Shown piece by piece: positions 1 to 8,887 of a DNA stretch of 39,863 nt. How positions within the stretch are numbered: position 1 is the first letter of the stretch; each line of letters opens with the position of its first letter. The notes below the pieces were generated by a model. It saw only the letters and a program-made list of their open reading frames with translations. It was not told the origin of the DNA and did not search any database. The position numbers and the translations under genes were made by a program. The stretch comes from a virus (taxonomy: Duplodnaviria > Heunggongvirae > Uroviricota > Caudoviricetes). The stretch spans positions 1 to 39,863 of IMG/VR virus record IMGVR_UViG_2563366928_000005, one strand, 5' to 3'.

Positions 1-1131
1 TCAAATGACCAGTTTTTTCCATTCCTTACCGCGTGCGTCGTTGTAAATATCGGTCATTTTTTGATTCGAATGGCCTAGCAAAATTTTGGTATCAACCCCC
101 TGCTCTCTGAACAATCGCTCTGATAAAGATCTCTGCTCATGGAAAGAGGGAGGGGTGCCATTAGCACGCCAGTTGTAATCCACAGAATCCCGGGCTTTTT
201 TAAATGCAACGGTTAATGTTGCTGGCTTAACCATCCCGCCGCGCTTAGCTGTCCCTTTCGCGTGATGGTGGTGCAATAGCCACGGACTAAGAACGCAATC
301 GCGGCAGGATGACACCACATCATCCAGGGTGAGATTTAATTTATCGCAACGCAGAGCCAGAGGGATGGCAATCCGGGTTCCTGTTTTTTGCTGTTCGACA
401 TGAAGATAACCATCCCGGATATCCGAAAATTGCATTTTGCAAATATCTGAAAGGCGCTGGCCTGTCATCAGTGCCAGCAGCATACCGCGCTGTAAAAAGT
501 AACCATCCTTTTCCGCTGCGTTATAAATCATCATCCACTCATCAAAAGTCAGTCGCTGTCTTGATATCCGCACCTGCGGTTTTTTTGCCGATTCTGCAGG
601 GTTAAAGCCTGGCGGGACATCGCCCGTTTGCTGAGCTTCCCGGAAAACATCGATCAGTACTTTCCTGAAAATTTGTCCCATTCTGTTATGTCCTCTGGCC
701 TTGTACTCTTCCAGTACTGATACCACATCTTTTACGGTTATGGCATCTAACGGTCTGGTGCCAAAACGTTCATCAAATACCCTGAGAGGAGCTGCTTTCT
801 GTTTCAGCGTGTTGAGTTTGATCTCGCCGTTTTCATATCTTTCCTGTTGAATTTTTCTGTAATTATTCAGAAAAATGGTAACGGTTGATGAACCGCCGGT
901 ATCACTAATAATTTTCTCCTGCAGACTGAGCATTTGTTCCATTTGCTGCCGGGCAAGACGGCTGTTCGCTTCTGCTGCAATAGTTTCTGCCAGTTTCTGG
1001 TCAATACTGCCGAGACCGTGATTTTTGCCTGTTATGGGATGCCTGTAACGCCAGTAAACTTTGTTATTTCTTTTGTCAAAATACGGAGATAATCCCGGAA
1101 CATCGGTTTTATATTTTCGCGGGCGCGCCAT
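1..1131 (-). CDS. int: Phage integrase, tyrosine recombinase
   Basis: 376 aa; C-terminal catalytic region with TGQRLSDI, LLGHSN and MTDIYND motifs typical of lambda-family integrases; overlaps xis by 23 nt. Confidence 0.9.
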   Translation of the reverse strand: MARPRKYKTDVPGLSPYFDKRNNKVYWRYRHPITGKNHGLGSIDQKLAETIAAEANSRLARQQMEQMLSLQEKIISDTGGSSTVTIFLNNYRKIQQERYENGEIKLNTLKQKAAPLRVFDERFGTRPLDAITVKDVVSVLEEYKARGHNRMGQIFRKVLIDVFREAQQTGDVPPGFNPAESAKKPQVRISRQRLTFDEWMMIYNAAEKDGYFLQRGMLLALMTGQRLSDICKMQFSDIRDGYLHVEQQKTGTRIAIPLALRCDKLNLTLDDVVSSCRDCVLSPWLLHHHHAKGTAKRGGMVKPATLTVAFKKARDSVDYNWRANGTPPSFHEQRSLSERLFREQGVDTKILLGHSNQKMTDIYNDARGKEWKKLVI

Positions 1132-1357
1132 CTTCCAGTATCCTCTTCAAAGCAGGGTGATCTGTGGCGATCACCTCCGGCTTGTTTACCATTCCGACAA
1201 AGCGAGCTTGCGGATCCACTCGCCAGCGTCTTCCAACTTTTTTGGGGAGAGGAAATATCATTCCGGCTTTAGCGTATTTACTTAACGTACTCGGAGTAGG
1301 GACCGGTTCACTGAATTCCTCTTTTGCCCACTCAGTGAGCAGAATAAGTCTTGCCAT
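1109..1357 (-). CDS. xis: Excisionase
   Basis: 82 aa, directly upstream of and overlapping int; N-terminal LTEWAK...FPLPKKVGRRW resembles lambda Xis winged-helix region. Confidence 0.7.
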   Translation of the reverse strand: MARLILLTEWAKEEFSEPVPTPSTLSKYAKAGMIFPLPKKVGRRWRVDPQARFVGMVNKPEVIATDHPALKRILEDGAPAKI

Positions 1358-1421
1358 GGGCGTCGTTCGCTAATCATGGTCGCCGCCACTATAGCTGGTG
1401 GGCAACGACCGGGGTTGAACA

Positions 1422-2114
1422 TTAAAAATCAGCCTGACTCGGGATCAGTTTTTGCCAGATAACTGAAACGTATTTTGCCTGGTAACGGGCGTCATCAAGT
1501 GCATTATGGCGCTCACCTTCGAATGGAATAGCCGTTCTGGCATCGAAGTCTATGGCTTTCCCCAGCTCAACGATTGTGCGTACATCGCGATCGTTGTAGT
1601 AACGCCACGGGCAGGGGATCCCCTGCCGTTCGTATGAACGGCGCAAAATCGTGTTGTCGAAGTTGGCTCCATTTCCCCAAACCTGAACAAAAAATTCACC
1701 GGAGTTTTCGTCGATAAATTCCCGCAATTGTAACAGTGCATCATCTAACGGGATTTCATCGGTCATAATGGCAGATTGCGCTTCGCGTGATTGCTTAAGC
1801 CACCATTTAATGGTGTCCCGATCAATGACTCCGCCAGCAGTTTCCAGATCGATAGTCTTACTAAATTCCGGTCCCATATCTCCGGTTTGCGGATCGAAAA
1901 ATATTGCACCTATTGAGATGATCGGGGCATCAGGATTTTTTCCCATGGTTTCAAGGTCGATCATTAGATGGTCACACGTCCTGCTGGTGGATGTGATTTC
2001 GTGATGACCGTTCACCTTAATTGAGCGATCTGCCGTCTCGCCAGTTTCATTATCGCTATCGTGATGCTGATTGCCGCCAGTGTTCTCCTTGTGTGGATGT
2101 TCAGCGCCTTCCAT
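1422..2114 (-). CDS. DEDDh-type 3'-5' exonuclease (DnaQ-like fold)
   Basis: Exo I motif MIDLETMG and C-terminal H-x4-D motif [10 protein letters not shown] in the translation. Start uncertain: ATG at 2114 has a GGAGG RBS but overlaps the upstream gene by about 100 nt; alternative ATG at 1964. Confidence 0.7.
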   Translation of the reverse strand: MEGAEHPHKENTGGNQHHDSDNETGETADRSIKVNGHHEITSTSRTCDHLMIDLETMGKNPDAPIISIGAIFFDPQTGDMGPEFSKTIDLETAGGVIDRDTIKWWLKQSREAQSAIMTDEIPLDDALLQLREFIDENSGEFFVQVWGNGANFDNTILRRSYERQGIPCPWRYYNDRDVRTIVELGKAIDFDARTAIPFEGERHNALDDARYQAKYVSVIWQKLIPSQADF

Positions 2115-3808
2115 TTCCTCCGGATCATCTTCCTGAACTTCAACCTGATACTCTTCATCGAATGTTTCCTGGTATGTTGCGCCACTGGTTCAGGCTGTTT
2201 CGTTCCTGGCTCGTTTTGTAACGCATTTGGGCTGTTTTGTTCCGCTTTTTGGTAGTTCCGTTCCGATTCATGCTGGTTCTGGTTCACAGAATCGCGGGTC
2301 TGGATCCCCTTAACCCATTTCGGATCATTCGGGTCACTAATCCCTTCAACAAATTCACCACGTGATGCAGCAAGCAACTTATCGGCGTCAGGCTGGCTGA
2401 TATTGGCTGCCTGCATAATTTTGTTTACTTCGTCAGCGGTAACTTTTATCGGCTCTGGTTGTTCTGAATCTTCAGCGGTATCTACATTTTGCGGTAAGCC
2501 CGTGTATGTGCCATTTTTTCGGGCAAAATATTCTTCTTTTGTGATTTCAGTGGCGCCAGCAGCCAGTGCCTTATCCAGACCAGAAAGTTTGTTTGCGCGA
2601 CCGCATTTTTCTCCGTCCTTATCTGCGAAGAGGAAATAGAACGGCCCCTCACGCTCTACAGATGGTTCAGCTTCCGGCGCGGTTTCATTTTTTGGGATAT
2701 CAGATACCTCAGTTTCCACTGCATCAGTTTGTGTTTCTGATGACTGGAGAACATCAACAGTGCCCAGGTCTGTTTCTTCATTCTCAAACACGCCCTTTGT
2801 CGTCAGGTATTCGCAGATATATTTGTTCAGTGCTATGGGATCTTTGTGAATGTCGATCGGACGCTCACGGACAAGGCCAAAAATAGTTTGGCGGTCGTAG
2901 CGAAGGGCATCAGGCTGTTTGCGCATTGATGCCGAGATACGCTTCCAGTCTTCGCGGTCGTTGTCGATAACTTCATTTTTTGCCCAGCGATGGATGCTGC
3001 CGTCAATGTTTCCGGCATCCACATCACCAGGCCAGAGAGCGTAGGCCAGTTCGTCATCCAGTGTTTTCCATGTCTGCTTGTATTCGCGATGAATGGCAGC
3101 AATGACCGGGCTGATTTTTCCTGTTGAATTTTCAGTGTACTGTTGATTGGCTCTGGCGCGGGCGAGATCAACAACAGACGTGTATTTTCCGGTTTCCTTG
3201 CGTTCACCTTCGCGACGTTTTTTCCAGATGCGCATCTCTGCCTGAATTTCGGGCCATTTAGCACCAGGAATACATTTATGCTTAACCCACCCAATGGCGT
3301 GCAACTTAAGCTCCGGATACATGGCGTTAACTTCTGGCATTTTCATCAACGCTTCAACGATATGTCCGTCGAATGTTGCCATGTCTTCCTGCAACAATTC
3401 CTGTGCGCTAATAACCATATCAACGGTGATGTTTTCACATGTGTCGAACTTAACCATGACAGCGTTCTGTACTTCAGGGGCCAGCTTGTCAAAAGTGACG
3501 TTCATCGGATCGGATTCAGTCTCAACCGGGACAAAGGAAGCAGACTCCTCATCCCAGCGGTTTTCCTGCATATATTCAGCATCCCAGGAATCGAGGGCAG
3601 GGCGGGGTATGCCGGGTTTATCCTCACAGACAATAAATTTATAAGCGCAGTCCTGAGCTGCAGGGAATTGCTCCAGAAATTGCCAATGAAATTTTGCGCG
3701 TGCGCGACGCTCATCACCAGCTTCAATGGCAGTGGCCACCGCAACAGCGCTATCTTCTTTTATGGCCTGTTCATCAGGAATAGCAGCGCAAATAAAGACC
3801 TTACTCAT
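2012..3808 (-). CDS. Large acidic early-region protein, unknown function
   Basis: 598-aa uninterrupted ORF in the early-left operon; no motif I recognise; low-complexity C-terminal tail overlaps the exonuclease ORF. Confidence 0.5.
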   Translation of the reverse strand: MSKVFICAAIPDEQAIKEDSAVAVATAIEAGDERRARAKFHWQFLEQFPAAQDCAYKFIVCEDKPGIPRPALDSWDAEYMQENRWDEESASFVPVETESDPMNVTFDKLAPEVQNAVMVKFDTCENITVDMVISAQELLQEDMATFDGHIVEALMKMPEVNAMYPELKLHAIGWVKHKCIPGAKWPEIQAEMRIWKKRREGERKETGKYTSVVDLARARANQQYTENSTGKISPVIAAIHREYKQTWKTLDDELAYALWPGDVDAGNIDGSIHRWAKNEVIDNDREDWKRISASMRKQPDALRYDRQTIFGLVRERPIDIHKDPIALNKYICEYLTTKGVFENEETDLGTVDVLQSSETQTDAVETEVSDIPKNETAPEAEPSVEREGPFYFLFADKDGEKCGRANKLSGLDKALAAGATEITKEEYFARKNGTYTGLPQNVDTAEDSEQPEPIKVTADEVNKIMQAANISQPDADKLLAASRGEFVEGISDPNDPKWVKGIQTRDSVNQNQHESERNYQKAEQNSPNALQNEPGTKQPEPVAQHTRKHSMKSIRLKFRKMIRRKWKALNIHTRRTLAAISITIAIMKLARRQIAQLR

Positions 3809-3903
3809 TTTGTTTTAACCTCATTACAGATTTCAGGGTGAACGAATCCCTGCCATTGCTGGCATTTTTAATCCGTTGGTATGGTGTTAATATGGCTGGA
3901 GGG

Positions 3904-4092
3904 TTATCCAGCCGGTGTTTCGTTATTCAGGTACAGCGATACTTTTTTTAGCGGGAGGCATTCACCAGAAATTTTTTGCTCGTCTCTTGCCTGGAGGCAG
4001 GATTCTTTACTTGCATAAATTCCGGTAATCACATTCTGTGATTCACCCGTTATAAGAAAAACCGTCATCATCAGTGCAAATGCTGAAGTCAT
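3904..4092 (-). CDS. Small protein with hydrophobic N-terminus (kil-position gene)
   Basis: 62 aa; N-terminal hydrophobic stretch FALMMTVFLIT then polar tail with two Cys; position corresponds to kil genes of lambda/Rac. Confidence 0.3.
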   Translation of the reverse strand: MTSAFALMMTVFLITGESQNVITGIYASKESCLQARDEQKISGECLPLKKVSLYLNNETPAG

Positions 4093-4277
4093 TAACGTTC
4101 TCCGAAAATACCAAGTTCAAGAAGAGCAATTCGGGAAAGTATGGAATTATCATTGAGCAGATAAGGCTCATATTTCCTCATATTAATGGCATCTTCAGTA
4201 AACTCCCGGTTACTGAGCAGAACACCAATATCAAAACAACCTTCAGACGTATTAACGTTTGGTAATAACGTTTCCAT
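4092..4277 (-). CDS. Small hypothetical protein
   Basis: 61-aa ORF whose stop abuts the start of the next small ORF (coupling at 4092). Confidence 0.3.
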   Translation of the reverse strand: METLLPNVNTSEGCFDIGVLLSNREFTEDAINMRKYEPYLLNDNSILSRIALLELGIFGER

Positions 4278-4848
4278 TATCGCGTCCTCAACAATGAATT
4301 TTGTGATGCAGTGCCTGGTGCCTCCAGGTGACGTTAACCAGTTAACAATTAACGCCGGGTTAGTTGATGCTCGTTACGCCCGTAAAATACCGCCTTACTG
4401 CTTTAACTGTTCCGCGTGCGCATAGCCGCATTCACCGCATCACAAAATTCACTTTAAAAAGGGCGGCAGAGCAGTCACGGAGTAAAACTGATACCGCCAA
4501 ATGTCACCAGAAAATTGATAACAGAGGGCGTTGTAGCGGGGTTGTCACTTAAGCGTATGGTCAACCTGACAACCCGGTGCATTTTCTGGAGCAATGGAGG
4601 AAACCCCAGCCATACTTACCGCCGCGCCATTTCGCGGAGTGCCACAACCGGAAGCGCACGGTCGAACTAAATTTAACGACACCGTACAGAGAGACCAATT
4701 TCGCCGTGCGCTTTCGCGTTATGCCCTGACTTTTCAGGGACATATCCTTTCAGTAAGCTGTCAGTGCCGGATGCTCACCCGTGTCCGGCGCACGCACTCC
4801 ACCTGACCCGTGGAGAACTCCTTAATTACCAACCCTCAGGAGGGTGAA

Positions 4849-5127
4849 ATGGATAAAAAGCAAATTGAGGCCCTGCAATCTATTATTGAAGAACAAGATG
4901 AAGCTATCAGGATTCTTTCATATCGCACTGATATGATACTAAATATGCTTTCTGCATTAACGGCTGCGCTTGGTGGTACAAAAACAAACGTATACCGCGA
5001 AGTTGTTATTCAACAGATAGATAAATTTGAAAAAACCATACCAGGTATTAATGCTCATCTTGCAGAACAAGAGAAAGACCATGCTCTTATGGCAATTTCT
5101 TCAGTAGCTCTCCCGAAAGTTGAGTAG
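4849..5127 (+). CDS. Hypothetical protein (AT-rich island, convergent with minus-strand operon)
   Basis: ATG at 4849 preceded by AGGAGGG RBS; 92 aa predicted helical; AT-rich codon usage; 3' end overlaps the convergent minus-strand ORF by 41 bp. Confidence 0.45.
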   Translation: MDKKQIEALQSIIEEQDEAIRILSYRTDMILNMLSALTAALGGTKTNVYREVVIQQIDKFEKTIPGINAHLAEQEKDHALMAISSVALPKVE

Positions 5128-5500
5128 TTTTAATTGTTGTTTTGAAATAATCACTGCTTTCACATTTGAGTGATTTCATGGCAATCCAAATGCGGGCCTC
5201 TGTGCCTGCATTTGGTTCCAGTTGCTGTAGACGTTTTGCGTCTTCCAAAAGTAAGGCGATAATGTGTTTCAGCTTCTCATCATTTGCTTGATTCTTGTTT
5301 TCAGGCGAATTCTGTCCGCCGAATAGGCGCTTCTCTTCATACAGACCTATAAAGGCACGACGCACGTTACCGGATATAGTATCGATGGTTTCCTTTTCTA
5401 CGGTACTCAGGTCAAGAGTCGCCAGTTGAGAGCGAACCACATTCGATGCCATTTCCTGGAATGGTACTGGTAAATCTTTAAATTCCATCGTCAACCTCAT
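5087..5500 (-). CDS. Hypothetical protein (second gene of repressor-linked operon)
   Basis: ATG at 5500 overlaps the upstream stop (ATGA); a second ATG at 5488 has a GAGG RBS; about 133-137 aa, no recognised motif. Confidence 0.45.
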   Translation of the reverse strand: MRLTMEFKDLPVPFQEMASNVVRSQLATLDLSTVEKETIDTISGNVRRAFIGLYEEKRLFGGQNSPENKNQANDEKLKHIIALLLEDAKRLQQLEPNAGTEARIWIAMKSLKCESSDYFKTTIKTTQLSGELLKKLP

Positions 5501-5733
5501 CAGTCAGTGTTTCTGGTTAACCAGCGACGCGCGCCAGCTTCAGTTTTAAACGTTTTGCTTCTGGTATACGTCATCGCGGTGAACGTACCGTCCTGGTTGG
5601 GGAACACGCCACATACCAGAGATTCGCTGTTGCCAAGATCGATAGTATCCATGCTGACCTCATTTCCCCTTAACGCCGGGGTAGCGGAACAAAAACCTGC
5701 TGCATAGTTATTAAAGTTGAACCCTGCCGTCAT
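5500..5733 (-). CDS. Hypothetical protein (first gene downstream of repressor)
   Basis: 77-aa ORF following operator-like palindromes at 5838..5875; no Arg-rich motif. Confidence 0.4.
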   Translation of the reverse strand: MTAGFNFNNYAAGFCSATPALRGNEVSMDTIDLGNSESLVCGVFPNQDGTFTAMTYTRSKTFKTEAGARRWLTRNTD

Positions 5734-5837
5734 GTTCTTACGCCTCGGGCTGGCTACTTAACCCCTGACCACTGCCTGGTAACTCGAAGTATTGCCCTGC
5801 ATTCTGTGGGGCGGGGTGGGTTGGTATGAAAAGAAGG

Positions 5838-5875
5838 ATACCCATAGGTATTTAAAAAGTAAATACCCATGGGTA
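5838..5875. promoter_or_regulatory. Operator-like palindromes (candidate leftward early promoter/operator)
   Basis: ATACCCATAGGTAT (5838..5851) and perfect palindrome TACCCATGGGTA (5864..5875); share the ACC..TGGGTA core with sites in the repressor/cro intergenic region. Confidence 0.5.
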
Positions 5876-5917
5876 AATGTTTGCGGTGTCTTAACTGGTG
5901 ACTAGTTGTTTGGTGAG

Positions 5918-6337
5918 CTATGATGCGTTTTGTGCTTTCTTTTTACGGATTTCTTCGTAGATCATATTGTAATACTGTTTTTTCTCTTCAAGAGTTTTTA
6001 ATAATTTATCCGCTTCACTTTCTGGCAGTTCGTCTAAGAGATCTAAAAAAATACGTTGTCGTGGCGTTAGAACCCTTGTTTCATAACTGGAGGCTGTGTT
6101 CGTTGATGATGAAACGATACCATCCATCCATCCCCGGGGTAACCCAAAGGACTCTTCGATAATCTCCACCATATCATCAGCGATCCGTTTTTTTCCCTTT
6201 TTCCCCTCTGGGTACAACATTCTTGATACATAAGAAGGCTCGCGCCCGATCTTTCTGGCCACGTTAACCGCTTTACCATCGCATTTCTCATCACGAATTT
6301 TGATGAGTTGCTGTCGTCTAAATTCATATTTGTCCAT
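5918..6337 (-). CDS. Prophage repressor, XRE/CI-type helix-turn-helix
   Basis: 139 aa; HTH segment KAVNVARKIGREPSYVSRML; divergent from a Cro-like gene across an operator-bearing intergenic region. Confidence 0.7.
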   Translation of the reverse strand: MDKYEFRRQQLIKIRDEKCDGKAVNVARKIGREPSYVSRMLYPEGKKGKKRIADDMVEIIEESFGLPRGWMDGIVSSSTNTASSYETRVLTPRQRIFLDLLDELPESEADKLLKTLEEKKQYYNMIYEEIRKKKAQNAS

Positions 6338-6374
6338 AGGTAAATAATAGATGCGATTACCGCAAGGTAAACAA

Positions 6375-6410
6375 CCTGTGGGTATTGACTTTTGTTTACC
6401 TGTGGGTATT
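6375..6410. promoter_or_regulatory. Operator repeats in the repressor/cro divergent promoter region
   Basis: Two direct copies of ACCTGTGGGTATT (6375..6387, 6398..6410); candidate -35 TTGACT at 6384..6389 reading toward the cro-like gene. Confidence 0.55.
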
Positions 6411-6437
6411 CTTTGCTGTGTTTACTAAGGAGTAGCT

Positions 6438-6719
6438 ATGGAAGAATTAAGAATATTTCTCAATTCTCTTTCGTCAGATGAACAGCGTATGTTTGCATGC
6501 GAGTGTGGTACCAGCATCGGTTATCTAAGAAAGGCATTGAGTAAAGGTCAAGTGTTAGGGGCATCGTTATGTGTCCTTATTGAGCGAGCCAGTAATGGTG
6601 AAGTTACACGTCAGCAACTAAGGCCTTTTGATTGGATGAATATTTGGCCCGAGCTGGAAGATACCAAAACGTTAACACAACCACTTTCTAGGAGCTTGAT
6701 TCATGAAAATCAAGCATGA
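6438..6719 (+). CDS. Cro-like / YdaS-like HTH regulator
   Basis: 93 aa, first gene of the rightward operon divergent from the repressor; HTH-like CGTSIGYLRKALS. Confidence 0.6.
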   Translation: MEELRIFLNSLSSDEQRMFACECGTSIGYLRKALSKGQVLGASLCVLIERASNGEVTRQQLRPFDWMNIWPELEDTKTLTQPLSRSLIHENQA

Positions 6720-7128
6720 ACACATCCGCATGGCGATGAATGCCTGGGCGCGTCCTGATGGCGAAAAAGTTCCAGCAGCTGGAATAACCCAGGCTTATTT
6801 TGAGTTGGGTATGACGTTCCCGGAACTGTATGACGACAGCCATCCGGAAGCCCTGGCTCGCAATACCCAGAAAATTTTCCGCTGGGTAGAGAAAGACACC
6901 CCTGATGCTGTTAAAAAAATGCAGGCTCTGTTACCGGCGATCGAAAAGGCGATGCCGCCTTTGCTGGTGGCCCGTATGCGCAGCCACAGTTCTGAATATT
7001 ACCGTGAGATCGTCGAACGGAGGGATCGGCTGGTGAAGGATGTCGATGATTTTGTTGCGTCAGCGGTTGTTTTGTATGACCAGATGAATCGCGGCGGCCC
7101 GGCAGGGAATGCTGTGGTGATGCACTAA
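6703..7128 (+). CDS. CII-like / YdaT-like regulator
   Basis: 141 aa immediately after the Cro-like gene; size and order match the ydaS-ydaT pair of Rac-type prophages; assignment by position. Confidence 0.45.
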   Translation: MKIKHEHIRMAMNAWARPDGEKVPAAGITQAYFELGMTFPELYDDSHPEALARNTQKIFRWVEKDTPDAVKKMQALLPAIEKAMPPLLVARMRSHSSEYYREIVERRDRLVKDVDDFVASAVVLYDQMNRGGPAGNAVVMH

Positions 7129-7135
7129 AAGCACG

Positions 7136-8113
7136 GTGTTCGGGGGTTTTATGAGCAGCAAGCTTCATGGTCTTGTCTGGGAAGGGTGCGCCTTCACCGG
7201 CATGATCTTATCCAGGGTGGCGGTTATGGCCCGTCTTGCAGACTACAGCAATGACGAGGGCGTGTCATGGCCTGCCATTGAAACTATCCGGCGTCAGATC
7301 GGTGCAAGAAGTGAATCCACAGTGAAATCGGCTATTGCAGAACTGGCGAAAGAGGGCTGGCTGACGAAGGAAGAGCGTAAGATCGGTGGGCGTAATGTAA
7401 GCAATATCTATCGGCTTAATGTGGAAAAACTCGAAGCAGCTGCGGCGGCGGCGCGTGAGTCATATAAACCGAAAAGAAAAATTAGCCCGGCAAAAAATGA
7501 CCCGTTAACAGTTGACCCGTCAAATATTGACCCCTCAACGGTTGACCCGTCAAATTTTGATGGATCAACTGTTGATAAAAAACTGCCGATTAGGGGGGCG
7601 ATGATTGACCCCGATCCGTCAGTATTAAAACCTGATCCGTCAGATAAAAGATCTTCTTGTCCGGACGCTTCGCAACCGGACCCGCAGACGGCTGAACAGG
7701 ATTTTTTAACCCGACACCCTGACGCGGTTGTGTTCAGTGCGAAAAAACGCCAGTGGGGAAGTCAGGAAGATTTGGTGTGCGCACAGTGGATCTGGGGACG
7801 AATCGTGAGTCTTTACGAGCAGGCGGCCAGCTATGATGGCGAGATCACTAGACCGAAAGAACCCAACTGGACAGCATGGGCCAATGACGTTCGCACAATG
7901 CGGATGCTGGATGGCAGAACTCACAGACAAATTTGTGAAATGTTTGGGCGTCTCCAGCGGGATTCGTTCTGGGTAAAAAACATCATGAGTCCGGCAAAAC
8001 TCCGGGAAAAATGGGATGAACTGGTTATCCGCCTGGGGCGTTCGCCTGCGCAGCGTTGCGTGAATCACATTTCTGAACCGGACACTGAAATACCGCCGGG
8101 ATTCAGGGGGTGA
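7136..8113 (+). CDS. Replication initiator, lambda O-like (winged-helix N-terminus, iteron-containing)
   Basis: 325 aa; gene contains 15-bp periodic direct repeats (7498..7572) encoding a repeated DPxxVDPSN peptide, as lambda O contains ori. Confidence 0.7.
   Translation: MFGGFMSSKLHGLVWEGCAFTGMILSRVAVMARLADYSNDEGVSWPAIETIRRQIGARSESTVKSAIAELAKEGWLTKEERKIGGRNVSNIYRLNVEKLEAAAAAARESYKPKRKISPAKNDPLTVDPSNIDPSTVDPSNFDGSTVDKKLPIRGAMIDPDPSVLKPDPSDKRSSCPDASQPDPQTAEQDFLTRHPDAVVFSAKKRQWGSQEDLVCAQWIWGRIVSLYEQAASYDGEITRPKEPNWTAWANDVRTMRMLDGRTHRQICEMFGRLQRDSFWVKNIMSPAKLREKWDELVIRLGRSPAQRCVNHISEPDTEIPPGFRG
7498..7572. repeat. Iterons of a putative phage replication origin inside the O-like gene
   Basis: Four to five tandem 15-bp units, consensus TGACCCGTCAAnnnT, followed by GATCCGTCAG repeats and an AT-rich stretch (to about 7650). 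Confidence 0.65.
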
Positions 8114-8119
8114 CGTGTC

Positions 8120-8866
8120 ATGAAAAACATTGCGGCAGTTGGGGTTCTTGAACGTATTCGCAGACTTGCACCACAGGGGTCGGTTCCACCGTACCGGACG
8201 GTGGAGGAGTGGCGGGAATGGCAACTTGCTGAAGGACGAAAACGCAGCGAGGAGATTAACCGCCAGAATCGCCAGTTGCGGGTGGAAAAAATCCTGAATC
8301 GTTCGGGCATCCAGCCTCTGCACAGCAAATGCTCGTTTGCAAATTATCAGGTGCAGAACGACGGGCAAAAATACGCGCTGAGCCAGGCCAAATCCATAGC
8401 TGACGAACTGATGACCGGGTGCACGAATTTTGTGTTCAGCGGTAAAACCGGCACCGGGAAAAATCACCTTGCAGCGGCGATGGGCAACCGGCTGATGGTG
8501 AAGGGGCGCAGCGTGATTATCGTCACCGTGTCTGACGTCATGAGCGTGTTGCATGACAGCTACGACAACGGCAAATCCGGGGAAAAATTTTTACAGGAGC
8601 TTTGCGGGGTTGATTTGCTGGTCCTGGATGAAATAGGCGTTCAGCGGGAGACGAAAAACGAGCAGGTGGTATTGCACCAGATAATTGATCGCCGGACAGC
8701 ATCACTGTGCAGTGTCGGGATGTTAACAAACCTGAATCATGCCGCAATGAGTACGCTTCTTGGTGAGAGGATTATGGACCGCATGACCATGAACGGTGGT
8801 CGATGGGTGACGTTTAACTGGGATAGCTGGCGTCCAAATGTCAGCAATATGAGGGTTGTGAAGTAA
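8120..8866 (+). CDS. DnaC-like helicase loader (AAA+ ATPase)
   Basis: Walker A GKTGTGKNHLA and Walker B LLVLDEIG in the translation; directly follows the initiator. Confidence 0.85.
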   Translation: MKNIAAVGVLERIRRLAPQGSVPPYRTVEEWREWQLAEGRKRSEEINRQNRQLRVEKILNRSGIQPLHSKCSFANYQVQNDGQKYALSQAKSIADELMTGCTNFVFSGKTGTGKNHLAAAMGNRLMVKGRSVIIVTVSDVMSVLHDSYDNGKSGEKFLQELCGVDLLVLDEIGVQRETKNEQVVLHQIIDRRTASLCSVGMLTNLNHAAMSTLLGERIMDRMTMNGGRWVTFNWDSWRPNVSNMRVVK

Positions 8867-8887
8867 TTTTGTCCGGAGGAAATTTTA

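Noticed and set aside
2012-3808. RecE-type exonuclease for the 598-aa early protein
   Set aside because: Position suggested it, but I cannot identify nuclease motifs in the translation, so it stays unknown.
5500-5733. N-type antiterminator at the first position downstream of the repressor
   Set aside because: No arginine-rich motif at the N-terminus and no recognisable nut/boxB hairpin nearby; left as unknown.
7498-7572. CRISPR array
   Set aside because: The repeats are 15-bp contiguous iterons without spacers, inside a coding region; no CRISPR-like repeat-spacer structure anywhere in the window.
7706-8554. 282-aa minus-strand ORF
   Set aside because: Antisense across the O-like and DnaC-like genes, both of which have clear motifs on the plus strand.
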